This document shows, one piece after another, positions 17,963-28,145 of a stretch of 36,901 nt of DNA. Position 1 is the first letter of the stretch; each line of letters opens with the position of its first letter. The translations under genes were made by a program, and so were the position numbers. The stretch is from a virus (lineage: Duplodnaviria; Caudoviricetes), in IMG/VR virus record IMGVR_UViG_3300033076_000336, positions 1 to 36,901 of that record; one strand, given 5' to 3'. Below the pieces are notes generated by a model. That model searched no databases, was not told the origin of the DNA, and saw only the letters and a list, made by a program, of their open reading frames with translations.

Positions 17963-18757
17963 ATGAAAAAGAATGCAACTACTTCCAAACAGGAAGAAAG
18001 TATCTGGGACGAAGCACCCACACAAGACTTTGCAGAAGAAACTGCAACAGCAGAACCAATTAAAACCCCACAAAAACCACAAAGCATTAGTAATGCAGAG
18101 TATGACCTTGAAGGTCTAATGACTGACTTTCCTACAGCCAAAGAACTAGAGCGTTTTGTATTTGACGAAACAGGTATTGTTCTTAACCTAAAGGGCAGAG
18201 CCAACAAACTCAAATATCAAGTAGCCATGGATGTGCTTAATGGTGTTGAAGTTGAAGAAAAATTCATTGGCAATGAAAATCCATATGTTGATAAGAACGA
18301 TATGGTGCCAGAAGAACCCCTACGAGCACGACCAGAGCGTGATAAGAATTTACCAGATCGCAAGCATGTTCAAAATAGTTTCTGGGTCGGTAATGCGCCA
18401 CATCCAGACCATGATGCTAGATCACAAGATAAAAAGTGTCATTTAACATTCCGCAAATATAACAATGGCGTAATTAGTTACGAAATTGAAGGACCGCTTG
18501 AACTAATACCTCATGGCGAAAAGATTGACAAGTTTGGCAGAGTGCGTCCAGAAATTATGAAATGGCTTGACCCACGCACAGGTGAGCAAATTGTTCAGCG
18601 TGAAGATGGCACAATGACACCACAAGGTAAAAAATTACGAGCCATGATGCAGGGCAAGCGAGTTAACAATGGTAACTTCTGGGATGTATTCGTTGATCGT
18701 GAGTTTATCAGTCTAAACGAAAGCGTAATTCATAACCCATGGGATGTGGACAAATGA
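17963..18757 (+). CDS. Hypothetical protein
   Basis: 264-aa charged ORF, SD GAAAGG. Confidence 0.8.
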   Translation: MKKNATTSKQEESIWDEAPTQDFAEETATAEPIKTPQKPQSISNAEYDLEGLMTDFPTAKELERFVFDETGIVLNLKGRANKLKYQVAMDVLNGVEVEEKFIGNENPYVDKNDMVPEEPLRARPERDKNLPDRKHVQNSFWVGNAPHPDHDARSQDKKCHLTFRKYNNGVISYEIEGPLELIPHGEKIDKFGRVRPEIMKWLDPRTGEQIVQREDGTMTPQGKKLRAMMQGKRVNNGNFWDVFVDREFISLNESVIHNPWDVDK

Positions 18758-19050
18758 CAACCAGAGAAGCAATTATAGACCAAGCACAGCAACAACGCAT
18801 TGCTAGGGATACTGTAATCATGCAAAAGGTTAATCATGCACACAGGGAAGCGTTTAAAACCCGCTTTCCTGGGCAGATAGAACATTGTATGCGACTAACT
18901 GCTGAACGCTTGCATAAGATGTTGACCAATACTCCCAGCGATCAAAGCGATCCTGCTACTTGGTGCGCTACTGCCCAAGAATTGCGAGATATGGCAACAG
19001 CCTTACATTTGTTGAGTGATATAAACCAACGATATCCCGCAGGAGAGTAA
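18754..19050 (+). CDS. Hypothetical protein immediately upstream of TerL
   Basis: Start moved to the ATGA overlap at 18754; helical; alternative TerS candidate by position. Confidence 0.7.
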   Translation: MTTREAIIDQAQQQRIARDTVIMQKVNHAHREAFKTRFPGQIEHCMRLTAERLHKMLTNTPSDQSDPATWCATAQELRDMATALHLLSDINQRYPAGE

Positions 19051-19051
19051 T

Positions 19052-20665
19052 ATGCTTGGCACAGAAACATTGATGGCTCGTGCCTTGCGTTATGCTGTAG
19101 AAACTAATAATTTAACGGTTGATGCATTAAACACAATACCAGGACCGTTAAAGGCACAACTACAGGATTTAACTGTAACTATCGCAGATGACATGCGATA
19201 TAACCAGTTGCGATATTTTCGTCCATTTGAGCATCAATTAAAGTTCTTTGCTACAGGCAACAGTGAACGCCGTGGTATTCTAGCCGCAAACCGTATTGGT
19301 AAAACAGTTTCTACCTGTTATGAAACAGCCATGCACTTAACTGGCTTATATCCAGAATGGTGGAATGGCTACAAGTTTGACAAACCTATTACCTGCATGG
19401 TTGCAGGCGAAGGATGGAGCCAGGTAGCCTTGGTTTTGCAACAAGAATTACTAGGCACACAAGATATTAAAATTACCGAAAATATTGGCACAGGTGCTAT
19501 TCCCAAAGATTGCATCATTGTTGATACCATGCGTAACGATGGTGCTAACTGTATTGGTGTTGAAATTAAACACAAATCAGGTGGCAAGAGTTATCTGTTG
19601 TTTGCCAACTACACACAGGAAGTTCGTCAGTTGCAGGGTTTTAAATTGAACCTAGCAGTATTTGACGAGCAGCCACCAGATGACTTCTTCAGTGAAATTG
19701 TAACCAGAACTGCTACCACACAAGGTAAAGTCTTGTGTTCTTTCACGCCCCTAAAGGGTTTAAACGGATTGGTCAGCAAATTCTGGAATCGTGAAGAAGG
19801 TTATGAGTATATTCGTGTAAGTTGGGATGATGTGCCAGAATACGATCCATGGGGTCAGCCATTCTTGTTAATGAGCACTAGACGCCAGTTGGAAAAAGAC
19901 TACTTACCGCATGAGCGTGAGGCTCGTATTGCTGGTAAGCCTGTTATGGGCAAGGGCGCAGTTTTCCAGTTAAATAGTTTCCCAACTTATAAAACAGGTG
20001 ATTACAAGTTTAGTGAGATGAAAAATCTCCACAGAGTAATTAGTCTGGACTTGGGCTTGGTTAATGACAAGACTGTTATTAGTTTAATTTATTGGGAACC
20101 GTTTGAAAAGACTGCTTGGTTACATAAACAGATTGTGGTGCAAGGCACTGACGAGGCTGTTCCTACTCAGTATATCAACCATTTACTTCGTCCTGAAGTG
20201 TTTGGCACTCCTATTGTGCTACCTGCTGACGCAAATACTGCTGGCAGATACACCATGAGTAGTGCAAGTATCAGGGAATTATTTGAAAGTTACGAACTAA
20301 ATGTATATGACAAGGCGATTATGAATCCACCTGATCCACAGGGCAGACAAACCAACCATAAAGCATACGGCATTAACCAGATGCGACAAATGATGGAAGT
20401 TGGTAGTTTAATGATAAACGAAAACTGCACTCAATTCTTAAGTGAAGCACAAAACTATTTCGTAGATGAAAAAGGAAGATTTAGTGACCCTGATGACTGC
20501 ATTGATAGTTGTCGCTATGGTATACTCGCTTGCTTACAGGGCATCGCAGAGCCTTGGGACAACAGAACTCCACAGCAACGAATGATGGCTCAACGAGATA
20601 GATATATTCGCCGAGATGATAGCAATAAACCTGCTTGGAAGCAGGCATACAATCCTGCACAATAA
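19052..20665 (+). CDS. terL: Terminase large subunit (P22-like)
   Basis: Walker A AANRIGKT, Walker B LAVFDE, motif SFTPLKG, RNase H-like nuclease ISLDLG...DDCIDSCRY. Confidence 0.95.
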   Translation: MLGTETLMARALRYAVETNNLTVDALNTIPGPLKAQLQDLTVTIADDMRYNQLRYFRPFEHQLKFFATGNSERRGILAANRIGKTVSTCYETAMHLTGLYPEWWNGYKFDKPITCMVAGEGWSQVALVLQQELLGTQDIKITENIGTGAIPKDCIIVDTMRNDGANCIGVEIKHKSGGKSYLLFANYTQEVRQLQGFKLNLAVFDEQPPDDFFSEIVTRTATTQGKVLCSFTPLKGLNGLVSKFWNREEGYEYIRVSWDDVPEYDPWGQPFLLMSTRRQLEKDYLPHEREARIAGKPVMGKGAVFQLNSFPTYKTGDYKFSEMKNLHRVISLDLGLVNDKTVISLIYWEPFEKTAWLHKQIVVQGTDEAVPTQYINHLLRPEVFGTPIVLPADANTAGRYTMSSASIRELFESYELNVYDKAIMNPPDPQGRQTNHKAYGINQMRQMMEVGSLMINENCTQFLSEAQNYFVDEKGRFSDPDDCIDSCRYGILACLQGIAEPWDNRTPQQRMMAQRDRYIRRDDSNKPAWKQAYNPAQ

Positions 20666-20853
20666 TGTTTAAAACTTTCTTTACTGATCTAAAAGGTAAT
20701 TTCAGCATGACACGCTTCTGGACAGCGGTGTGTTATGCTACCTGCACCTGGGTTATCATCCACAAAGTTGATACCCTAGACTGGACATTATTATTGGTTT
20801 ATGCTGGTATCGTCAGCGGAACAGACTTGGCTAAAAAATGGATTTTAAAATGA
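20665..20853 (+). CDS. Small two-TM membrane protein, holin candidate
   Basis: Start at the TAATG overlap; 62 aa with two hydrophobic segments and a basic C-terminus. Confidence 0.55.
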   Translation: MFKTFFTDLKGNFSMTRFWTAVCYATCTWVIIHKVDTLDWTLLLVYAGIVSGTDLAKKWILK

Positions 20854-21065
20854 CAGACAAACAAGCATTATTTGTAGTAGTTGTGGAAGATGCCGCAACC
20901 ATATTATGTGAGCCACATGCTAAAGCATATGCTGAAATTATGGCAAGTATGGACAAAGATTTTACCATAGTTGAAATGGCAGCGGAAGATGCAGAAGAAC
21001 ACAAATGCATGGCATGTGACATGCAGGATGAACTAACTCGTCCACAAATTATATTAATGCACTAA
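20850..21065 (+). CDS. Small acidic protein with CxxH...CxxC motif
   Basis: LCEPH and CMAC; ATGA overlap start. Confidence 0.65.
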   Translation: MTDKQALFVVVVEDAATILCEPHAKAYAEIMASMDKDFTIVEMAAEDAEEHKCMACDMQDELTRPQIILMH

Positions 21066-21074
21066 GGAGAAATC

Positions 21075-21206
21075 ATGGGCAAAGGCAGCACCCCTAGACC
21101 ATTTGAAATTCCCAAGGACCAATTCAGGGATAATTGGGATGCCATCTTTGGCAAGAAAAACAAGCCGCAAGATGAGCAAAAGCCCCAAGATAAACAGGCT
21201 AAATAA
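21075..21206 (+). CDS. Small 43-aa protein (MGKGSTPRPF...NWDAIFGKK), not in the ORF track
   Basis: Strong SD TAAGGAG; GKGS.PRP...NWD.IF pattern recalled from small phage proteins. Confidence 0.8.
   Translation: MGKGSTPRPFEIPKDQFRDNWDAIFGKKNKPQDEQKPQDKQAK
21200..21205 (+). promoter_or_regulatory. TAAATA late-type promoter motif
   Basis: GGCTAAATAAT; portal ATG is 26 nt after the motif end. Confidence 0.55.
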
Positions 21207-21230
21207 TAGATTAAAAGGGCAATAATACAT

Positions 21231-23516
21231 ATGCTAGATATTAAACAAATTCCTGTTAGCGACATTAATCAAAACACAAAGACTAATGCCCGTTTTGTCA
21301 GGATGAAAAACCAAATGGATGTCAAAATGGCATCCTATCTTCGTTACCTAGGAACAAAGAATGCTGTAAACCGTGCCAGCGATTATCACTATTTGTGTCT
21401 AGCAGTTACTGACTCAACTGCTCCTGTTAATGGTATTGATTACATTCACCCTAGTGTAAAACCTTGTGTAGACTACGCAACCGCAGTTATTGCCAAGGGC
21501 TTAATGCCCAATGGCGAAATTAACTTTGAATTCGTTGCTGATACAGAAGAAGATGAAGTAGCCGCACGCCAAGCAAGTTCAATGGTCAATAAAGTGGTCA
21601 ACAATATGAATGACCCGCACTTTATCCTAGAGCGTTGGATTATGGATGCCGCAATGCACAAAAACGGCATGATGATGATTAAGCCAGTGCGTGAACAGAT
21701 TACTCGTTATATTGAAACAGAAGGCACAAGTGCTCAGTTAAAAGCATTTGAATTACAGGCTGCTGAAAGCGGATTAACTGCCCTACGCCAAAGCCGTAGA
21801 CGCTCTACTGTTGATATGGAAAAAGTCCTAGAAGAAGTTAAAACAGTTCTAGGTGAAAATCAAATGGGCTTTGCCGAAGAAATGTTGACAAAGACCATGG
21901 ATAGTTTTAAAGAACTACCAGAAGATCAAGAAAACCCATTAGGTGCAGATCAAACTACACTAATGGCAGATTACATTGGCAGTCAGCAAGAAATCCTTGA
22001 TGAAGCCATTAAACGCAACACAATCTACAAAGCCAAGTATAAACTAACTGGCTATATGATTAACATTAAATTCCATCCTATTGCACAACACTACTGGATT
22101 TGTGATCCAACTGTGCCTGAGATGAAAGACCAGCCATTCTGCGGGTATTACGACCCAATGACTATTCAAGAAGCAGTAGAGTTATATCCTGGCATTGCTG
22201 ATAACCTAGAAGCATTCCGTGAACACGCAGAATACAACATGAACGGTGCTTATCAAGCAGGTTCAGTATTAAACAACTTGGCTATTCACGCCAGAGATAG
22301 TGTGCCTGTTATGGGTATCCCTGTTAGTTCAGCCGCAAGTGCTGACCCAGATAGCAGACAAGTTTCAATCGTTACTGTTTGGAACAAGTATGATATTGAC
22401 GGAGATGGCGAATTAGAATTAGTTGAGTTAATTTATAGTGGCAGTTACATCATCAGTGCAAGGGAAGTTGAGTTCATTCCTGTTGCCAACATGTGCCCAA
22501 AGCCTCTACCTGGTAATTTCTACGGAATGAGCATCGCAGAAAGTGTTATCCCAATGCAAGAATATAACACAGCGGCTGCTCGTGCTGAAATTCAGTTAGG
22601 ATTGTTAACTGCCACACCTCGTATTGGTGTTAAGCCAGATCGTGTTGACTTTGAAATGATGCAAGACGGTGAGGCTGCAATTTTCATTCTTGACAGCAAG
22701 TTTGACCCAAGCAAAGATGTGTATCCAATGCCTGCTCCTGCTGGTAATCTACAGTTCTTGGAAGTTGCCATGAACCGTATTCAGCAAGATACTATGAGCA
22801 TGATTGGTATGACTACACCGCAGGATGTATTCAATCCAGAAGTCATGGCTGCTGGTAATAGTGGTATTAAACTACAACTTGCCTTAACTCCTAACCAGAT
22901 CATTCAGGACAACACAATTCGCAATGCCGCAGAAGGCTTAAAAGAAGCATTATGGCTAGTATGGCGAACACTAATCCAGTATGGTGATGACTATGGCGTT
23001 AAGAAATTAGCACAAGAATATCACCCAGATCGTCAAGCAGAATTCCTAGACTTCAAGGCTTGGGATGACATGAACTTCTGTGACCGTAAACAAATTCACC
23101 TAGAACTTGCTATTGGTATGATGAGTGATGAAAACGCACTTGGTAGATTACAGATTATCCAGAAGTGTCAGCAAGACTTGTATGCAACTGTTACACAAAT
23201 GGCAGGTGCTGGCTCGTTAACTCCTGAAGTGTATAAAAAGGTCAAGAAGCCTTTTGAGGACACTCTGTATGTTTTAGGTGTCAAGGATTGTAATGTTTAC
23301 TTGCCTAGTGATGATGAAGTTGTTGCCATGATTGAAAGTGCCAAGAAAGCACAAGAAGGTAAGCAACCAAGTCCAGAAGATCAAAAGGACATAGCACAGG
23401 CTGCGCTAAGTCAGGCTAAAGTTCAACAAATCATTGCAGAAATGCAGGGAACAGATGCTGAAACTAAACTTGATATGGCTGCTCTGTTGCAAGGTAAGCC
23501 AAAGGTCTATTCTTGA
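21231..23516 (+). CDS. Portal protein (P22/podovirus-like)
   Basis: 761 aa after TerL, with YDIDGDGELE, PLPGNFYGMSIAE and a C-terminal helical QKDIAQAALSQAK segment. Confidence 0.9.
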   Translation: MLDIKQIPVSDINQNTKTNARFVRMKNQMDVKMASYLRYLGTKNAVNRASDYHYLCLAVTDSTAPVNGIDYIHPSVKPCVDYATAVIAKGLMPNGEINFEFVADTEEDEVAARQASSMVNKVVNNMNDPHFILERWIMDAAMHKNGMMMIKPVREQITRYIETEGTSAQLKAFELQAAESGLTALRQSRRRSTVDMEKVLEEVKTVLGENQMGFAEEMLTKTMDSFKELPEDQENPLGADQTTLMADYIGSQQEILDEAIKRNTIYKAKYKLTGYMINIKFHPIAQHYWICDPTVPEMKDQPFCGYYDPMTIQEAVELYPGIADNLEAFREHAEYNMNGAYQAGSVLNNLAIHARDSVPVMGIPVSSAASADPDSRQVSIVTVWNKYDIDGDGELELVELIYSGSYIISAREVEFIPVANMCPKPLPGNFYGMSIAESVIPMQEYNTAAARAEIQLGLLTATPRIGVKPDRVDFEMMQDGEAAIFILDSKFDPSKDVYPMPAPAGNLQFLEVAMNRIQQDTMSMIGMTTPQDVFNPEVMAAGNSGIKLQLALTPNQIIQDNTIRNAAEGLKEALWLVWRTLIQYGDDYGVKKLAQEYHPDRQAEFLDFKAWDDMNFCDRKQIHLELAIGMMSDENALGRLQIIQKCQQDLYATVTQMAGAGSLTPEVYKKVKKPFEDTLYVLGVKDCNVYLPSDDEVVAMIESAKKAQEGKQPSPEDQKDIAQAALSQAKVQQIIAEMQGTDAETKLDMAALLQGKPKVYS

Positions 23517-23519
23517 TAC

Positions 23520-23525
23520 TAAATA
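23520..23525 (+). promoter_or_regulatory. TAAATA motif before a gene with no SD
   Basis: ATG 23533 is 8 nt after the motif end. Confidence 0.55.
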
Positions 23526-23532
23526 ATAGTAT

Positions 23533-23877
23533 ATGATTAACGAAGATAGCATAGAATTTTTTAATACACGCCTGACTTATGACTTGTCGCAGATTAGTAA
23601 GTTAACTACTGCACAACAAGATAGAGTCAGGCATTATGGTAGCCAAGCAGAAGCATTGTTAAAAAACAAAGACTTTGCCATGTTTGTGCACCATTTCAAA
23701 TTCAGTGTGGCTGATGACCTTGGTAATATTAGAGGTCACCAGTCAGATGACAATGCTCGTAGAGTAGCGTTAAGTAACGAACTTACGGGTATTGACAATT
23801 TTGTGAACAGTCTTAAAAGGGCTGTTTATTATAAGAATCGTCTAGGTAACACTAACGAAGTGCCCAAAGACGAATAA
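23533..23877 (+). CDS. Hypothetical head-module protein between portal and scaffold
   Basis: 114 aa with AEALLKN pattern; occupies a usual slot in podovirus head modules. Confidence 0.75.
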   Translation: MINEDSIEFFNTRLTYDLSQISKLTTAQQDRVRHYGSQAEALLKNKDFAMFVHHFKFSVADDLGNIRGHQSDDNARRVALSNELTGIDNFVNSLKRAVYYKNRLGNTNEVPKDE

Positions 23878-23887
23878 GGAAAATTAA

Positions 23888-25057
23888 ATGGAAACAACGA
23901 TCACCCCTAATGCTCCAGTGAGCACGGGCAATGACCAAAGTGCAGTTCCAAGTATGGATTCAATTGCAGCCAAGATGACCGCTATGCGAGAGCAAACACA
24001 GCGTAATCAACTTAGACAGCAACCAGACCAGACTGCGACAGGCGAAGATGATGCGGCAGCAGAATCTGCTCCTGTGGCTCCCAGTGAAACTGGTGCCGAA
24101 ATTGATGATGCCAATGATACTTTTGTTGACGAAAGCAATCAAGAGGTAGAAGCCCAGACTGATGAGTCTGTAAGCGATGACCAGACTGATTCTACAGCAG
24201 ATGAATTAATTGACTTTTTGGAGTTTGCTAATGACAATCCAAATGCCAAATTCAAGTTTATGAAGAATGGCAAAGAAGTCGTAATTGATGCTAAGAAAGC
24301 CGCCGCAATATTAGGTCAAGGATCAGCAATACACGAAGAAGCAAGACAACTCAAGATTGAGCGTGCCGAGTTTGATGAATATATCAATGAGATGCGTGCC
24401 AAACAGGAGGGTTTGACTTTAGCAATGGAATTTACCGTTCAGCCTAAGTTGCGTCAGGCGTATGATGAAATTGTGAAAACACAAGGTTATCAAACAACTT
24501 TCCAACAACAATTGGCAAGAACAAATGATCCTGCACAGATTGCTCGCATACAAGCCAGTATGCAACAAAATGAGCAGTATATCAGGCAACAACAAGCCGT
24601 AATTGGTCAGTTGAAGCCAGCGGTAGACCAATTCCAAGCAATTCGTAGCCAACAGGTTACGGCTGCACTAGAGAATGCTCGTAAAAGTTTTACAGACAAA
24701 GAGTTGAAAAACGAATATGTCTATAACGAATTGCGAGACAAACTAGGAAAAGTTTGGAAAGACGCTAAGAGTCAAATGGTTCCAGGTGTGGACAACATTG
24801 ATTTAGTCAGTAGTGACGAAACTCTTATGAGTTTGGTTAGAGATGGGTTAAGATATCGTGACCGTCCTAATGCAAAATCAGCAGGAGCCAGTATCGCTAC
24901 ATTAACTCAGCGTAAAGGCAGTTCTACTAGCCAAAAGTCTCAAAATGATGAAATCGGCAAACTTCGTGAACAAGCCAATAAAGGCGACAAAAAAGCCGCC
25001 GACAATCTGCTAGTAGCACGACTACAGAGTATTCGTGGTAGCAGAGGTTCAAGATAA
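23888..25057 (+). CDS. Capsid scaffolding protein
   Basis: Acidic disordered N-terminus, KNGKEVVI, long Gln-rich coiled coil, basic C-terminus; directly before the capsid gene. Confidence 0.8.
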   Translation: METTITPNAPVSTGNDQSAVPSMDSIAAKMTAMREQTQRNQLRQQPDQTATGEDDAAAESAPVAPSETGAEIDDANDTFVDESNQEVEAQTDESVSDDQTDSTADELIDFLEFANDNPNAKFKFMKNGKEVVIDAKKAAAILGQGSAIHEEARQLKIERAEFDEYINEMRAKQEGLTLAMEFTVQPKLRQAYDEIVKTQGYQTTFQQQLARTNDPAQIARIQASMQQNEQYIRQQQAVIGQLKPAVDQFQAIRSQQVTAALENARKSFTDKELKNEYVYNELRDKLGKVWKDAKSQMVPGVDNIDLVSSDETLMSLVRDGLRYRDRPNAKSAGASIATLTQRKGSSTSQKSQNDEIGKLREQANKGDKKAADNLLVARLQSIRGSRGSR

Positions 25058-25083
25058 TAGCCCATTTATAAGGAGAATTTAAA

Positions 25084-26253
25084 ATGGCAGAAATTACAAC
25101 CAGTCAAATTGGTAACGGCACAACCGCATACGGTAGTGACATCGTTGTCAAGGATTTGGACCTAGATGTGTCCAACCGTGTTAAGGACGATACACCTGTC
25201 CTAAACATGGCTATGAGCAAGAAGCGTAAAGTTAACAGCACACTACCATTGTGGACTGATGACATTTACCGCACTCCTGCTGTTCAAGCCCAAGTTGAAG
25301 GCGCAGCCGTTTCTACAAGCAACGCAGAAAGCAACAGCCGTTACAACTTAGGTAACTACACACAGATTTTCAGCACTACAATCGCTAGTTCTGGAACTGC
25401 TCGTGCGGTTATGCAAAGTGGTGGTGATCCACAGGCTTACCAAGAAGTTAAGCAATTGATCGAATTGATGTTCGATGTTGAACTACAATTAGTTCGTAAC
25501 GACCAGATCGGCACAAAGTATGCTGGTCAAAGTGGTTCCGCTACTGGTCTACCAAGCGGTCAAACTGGTCGCCGTATGGGTTCTTTGACTGCTTTCGCAG
25601 GCACATTGAGTTTTAACGGTAGTGCTGGTGTTAGCGACATTACATCTAATGTCAACAACGAAAGCACAGACACAGCAACTGCTACAGCAGGTGCATTGAA
25701 TGTATATGGTAACGGTTCTAGTTTCTATTCTGGAACATTCACAAACCAATACTTCAGCCCAGCGTTATACAAGCAGTTGGTAACTGTTGCTGAACAGCGT
25801 TACAATGCGAAGATTCGCACAGTTGTTGCTCCTACAAGTCTACGCACAAGTATCAGCGATAACATTCCTCAAAGCCGTAGTATCAACCGTGTAAACAGTG
25901 AGCGTGGTGACACAATCCAGACTTACGAAGGTGATTTCAACTACACTTATGAAATCTTTGATTCATGGATTATGGATCAAACTAACCCTAACAGCATCTT
26001 CTTCTTGAACGAAGATGTAGTTCAGTGGGGTTCCTTGCGTGATCTTGGTCCTAACAACGAAGTATTCAGCAATGCTGACGCTTCTCTAGACCAGTTCATC
26101 ATGGAAGGCACATTGATCGTTCGTAACCCTGCTGGTGTTGGCGTTTTAGGCAACATCAAGGCTAACGATACAACTAACCCAACACTACCTGGTGCTCGTG
26201 CGAGTGCTATGGTTCAGCGTGTCAACGCTGGTGCTGGCGATGTTACACCTTAA
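25084..26253 (+). CDS. Major capsid protein (DUF5309/SU10-like, HK97 fold)
   Basis: 389 aa with DTPVLNM, GNYTQIFS...SGT and EGTLIVRNP; strong SD TAAGGAG; followed by a terminator. Confidence 0.88.
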   Translation: MAEITTSQIGNGTTAYGSDIVVKDLDLDVSNRVKDDTPVLNMAMSKKRKVNSTLPLWTDDIYRTPAVQAQVEGAAVSTSNAESNSRYNLGNYTQIFSTTIASSGTARAVMQSGGDPQAYQEVKQLIELMFDVELQLVRNDQIGTKYAGQSGSATGLPSGQTGRRMGSLTAFAGTLSFNGSAGVSDITSNVNNESTDTATATAGALNVYGNGSSFYSGTFTNQYFSPALYKQLVTVAEQRYNAKIRTVVAPTSLRTSISDNIPQSRSINRVNSERGDTIQTYEGDFNYTYEIFDSWIMDQTNPNSIFFLNEDVVQWGSLRDLGPNNEVFSNADASLDQFIMEGTLIVRNPAGVGVLGNIKANDTTNPTLPGARASAMVQRVNAGAGDVTP

Positions 26254-26279
26254 TTCCCAAAAGGAATTATTTTGTGAAC

Positions 26280-26305
26280 AAAAGGCTGCTTCGGCAGCCT
26301 TTTTT
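26280..26305 (+). terminator. Intrinsic terminator with C(UUCG)G tetraloop
   Basis: AAAAGGCTGC-TTCG-GCAGCC-TTTTTT after the capsid gene; a second small hairpin TAATTCC/GGAATTA at 26251-26269. Confidence 0.9.
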
Positions 26306-26322
26306 GTTGGTGTCAATGAGCA

Positions 26323-26328
26323 TAAATA
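26323..26328 (+). promoter_or_regulatory. TAAATA motif restarting transcription after the capsid terminator
   Basis: GCATAAATACT; ATG 26336 is 8 nt after the motif end, no SD. Confidence 0.65.
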
Positions 26329-26335
26329 CTAGACT

Positions 26336-26920
26336 ATGAACGATATTAATAAACCTGAATACCTAGATGACAGTGATCCAGAAAAGAACTGGAATTATTA
26401 CAGGCAAGACCACGGTGGTATGATTACTAACCATAATGGTGTTGCGGATAAGTTATTGAAAAATGATGACCTTTATCGTAGCATGAAAGGTGATTGGTCA
26501 AGAACCAGCACCAATGCCAGTGGTAATATTGTGGTAACAACTGGTAGAGAAGATGGTAAGTTTTATATCAAGCGTGAGCAAAAGAATGCTGAATTTATAG
26601 CACAAAGATGCCAAGCATACAGAAAAGCCGCAGAACAAGGTTATCCTGATCCCATGGCACCAATTGGTGAAGATGGAAAACTTCAACACAAATGGATGGA
26701 ATTACCAAATGTGGTAAGTATAAGAATCAGTGACGAATATTTTGGCGGAATGCCATGGAGTGCTATTAAGCACGACAGAACACTCAAAGCACAGTTTTAC
26801 AAGGTTGTAGAACGAGAATACAATCAGTATGTTTGCTATCCAGGTGGCAAATTACCTATTCCAGTAGATGTGCCATACCCTACAAAGCGTGGGGAAAAAC
26901 GCTTCTTTCAAGGACGATAA
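26336..26920 (+). CDS. Hypothetical protein between capsid and adaptor genes
   Basis: 194-aa ORF in the morphogenesis module. Confidence 0.8.
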   Translation: MNDINKPEYLDDSDPEKNWNYYRQDHGGMITNHNGVADKLLKNDDLYRSMKGDWSRTSTNASGNIVVTTGREDGKFYIKREQKNAEFIAQRCQAYRKAAEQGYPDPMAPIGEDGKLQHKWMELPNVVSIRISDEYFGGMPWSAIKHDRTLKAQFYKVVEREYNQYVCYPGGKLPIPVDVPYPTKRGEKRFFQGR

Positions 26921-26923
26921 TAA

Positions 26924-28135
26924 ATGTTTACAATACCCAACGCTAATGCCTTAGTTGATTATATCAGGGACTTTACTGGTAGTGGCACAAGTGCGGCAGC
27001 AACAGCAGAAATCAAACAATGTATCTTTTTGGGCGAGTTATCAATGCGTAACTTGGAAATCCCTGCCCTGCGTAGTGACCCTTATGATCCGCTTTATATT
27101 GGCGTGGTTGATAGTCAAGGCAGCGTGCCTATCCCTGGTGACATGAACAAGCCTATTTTGTTTTTTAAACAAGGTCAACAATATATTACTAGTGCAACTG
27201 CTACAGGAACAAGCGGTGCTAATACAATTACCATAACATCTACACCTAATCGTCCACTAACTCAGGGTATGACTGTAACTGGCACGGGTATTGCCGTAGG
27301 TGCTACGATTACTCAGGTCAACGGTAACACTATTACACTAAGTCTTGCAAATACTGGCACAGTCAGTGGCACAGTAGTTTTCCAGACTCCTGCGCCTGCA
27401 ACTCAACAAAGTCAAACAGGTCCATGGATTGTTTATGATCGTATTGGTGATCGTGATATTATCACACAAAGTATGATTGCTCAATTATACTTACAACCAG
27501 TGAATGTGCCCGCAGTTATTCGTGGTAAATTCAGTGAAGTTGGACAAAAATACAAGTTCTTGCCTTACACAGCCGAAGGCGACCTAATCAACATGTATTA
27601 CTACAAAGCATGGGCATTGTTATTCGCACCTGTTGATGACATTTTTATCAGTGCTACAGGCACAGTTGGTAGTATTACTGGCACTGGACCATGGACTGCT
27701 ACTATTACTGGTATGACAACAACTGATGGTATTGAAGTTGGCAATCAGATTATTGCCACAGCAGGCACTGGTAGTTTGGGCACAGGTGGCACAGTTGAAG
27801 TATTAAGTGTAGATAGCGCCACACAAATTACCATTACTAAAACTGGTGGAACTATACCTACTGCTGGAACCATTACTGACATTTACCTAACAAACTTGGA
27901 TACACAGACAAATCCAGTTTTACAAACATTCCCTGAAGGTTATGTTTACGCTACACTTCGTGAATACTACCTTAAGCGACACAACGAGGCAGATGCCGCA
28001 ACCTACGAAGGAAAATTCCAACAGGCTGTAGCAACTGTCAGTGACCAGAATAACCTGGCAAAATGGAGTGGAGGTCACACACGATTGACCAGCGTTTGGC
28101 AACCTAGACAATATCGCCAATATAACATCAAATAA
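26924..28135 (+). CDS. Head-tail adaptor protein with two inserted Thr/Gly-rich beta domains
   Basis: N-terminal IKQCIFLGELSMRNL and C-terminal TNPVLQTFPEGYVYATL...YEGKFQQAV fit podovirus adaptors. Confidence 0.72.
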   Translation: MFTIPNANALVDYIRDFTGSGTSAAATAEIKQCIFLGELSMRNLEIPALRSDPYDPLYIGVVDSQGSVPIPGDMNKPILFFKQGQQYITSATATGTSGANTITITSTPNRPLTQGMTVTGTGIAVGATITQVNGNTITLSLANTGTVSGTVVFQTPAPATQQSQTGPWIVYDRIGDRDIITQSMIAQLYLQPVNVPAVIRGKFSEVGQKYKFLPYTAEGDLINMYYYKAWALLFAPVDDIFISATGTVGSITGTGPWTATITGMTTTDGIEVGNQIIATAGTGSLGTGGTVEVLSVDSATQITITKTGGTIPTAGTITDIYLTNLDTQTNPVLQTFPEGYVYATLREYYLKRHNEADAATYEGKFQQAVATVSDQNNLAKWSGGHTRLTSVWQPRQYRQYNIK

Positions 28136-28145
28136 GGATTAACAC

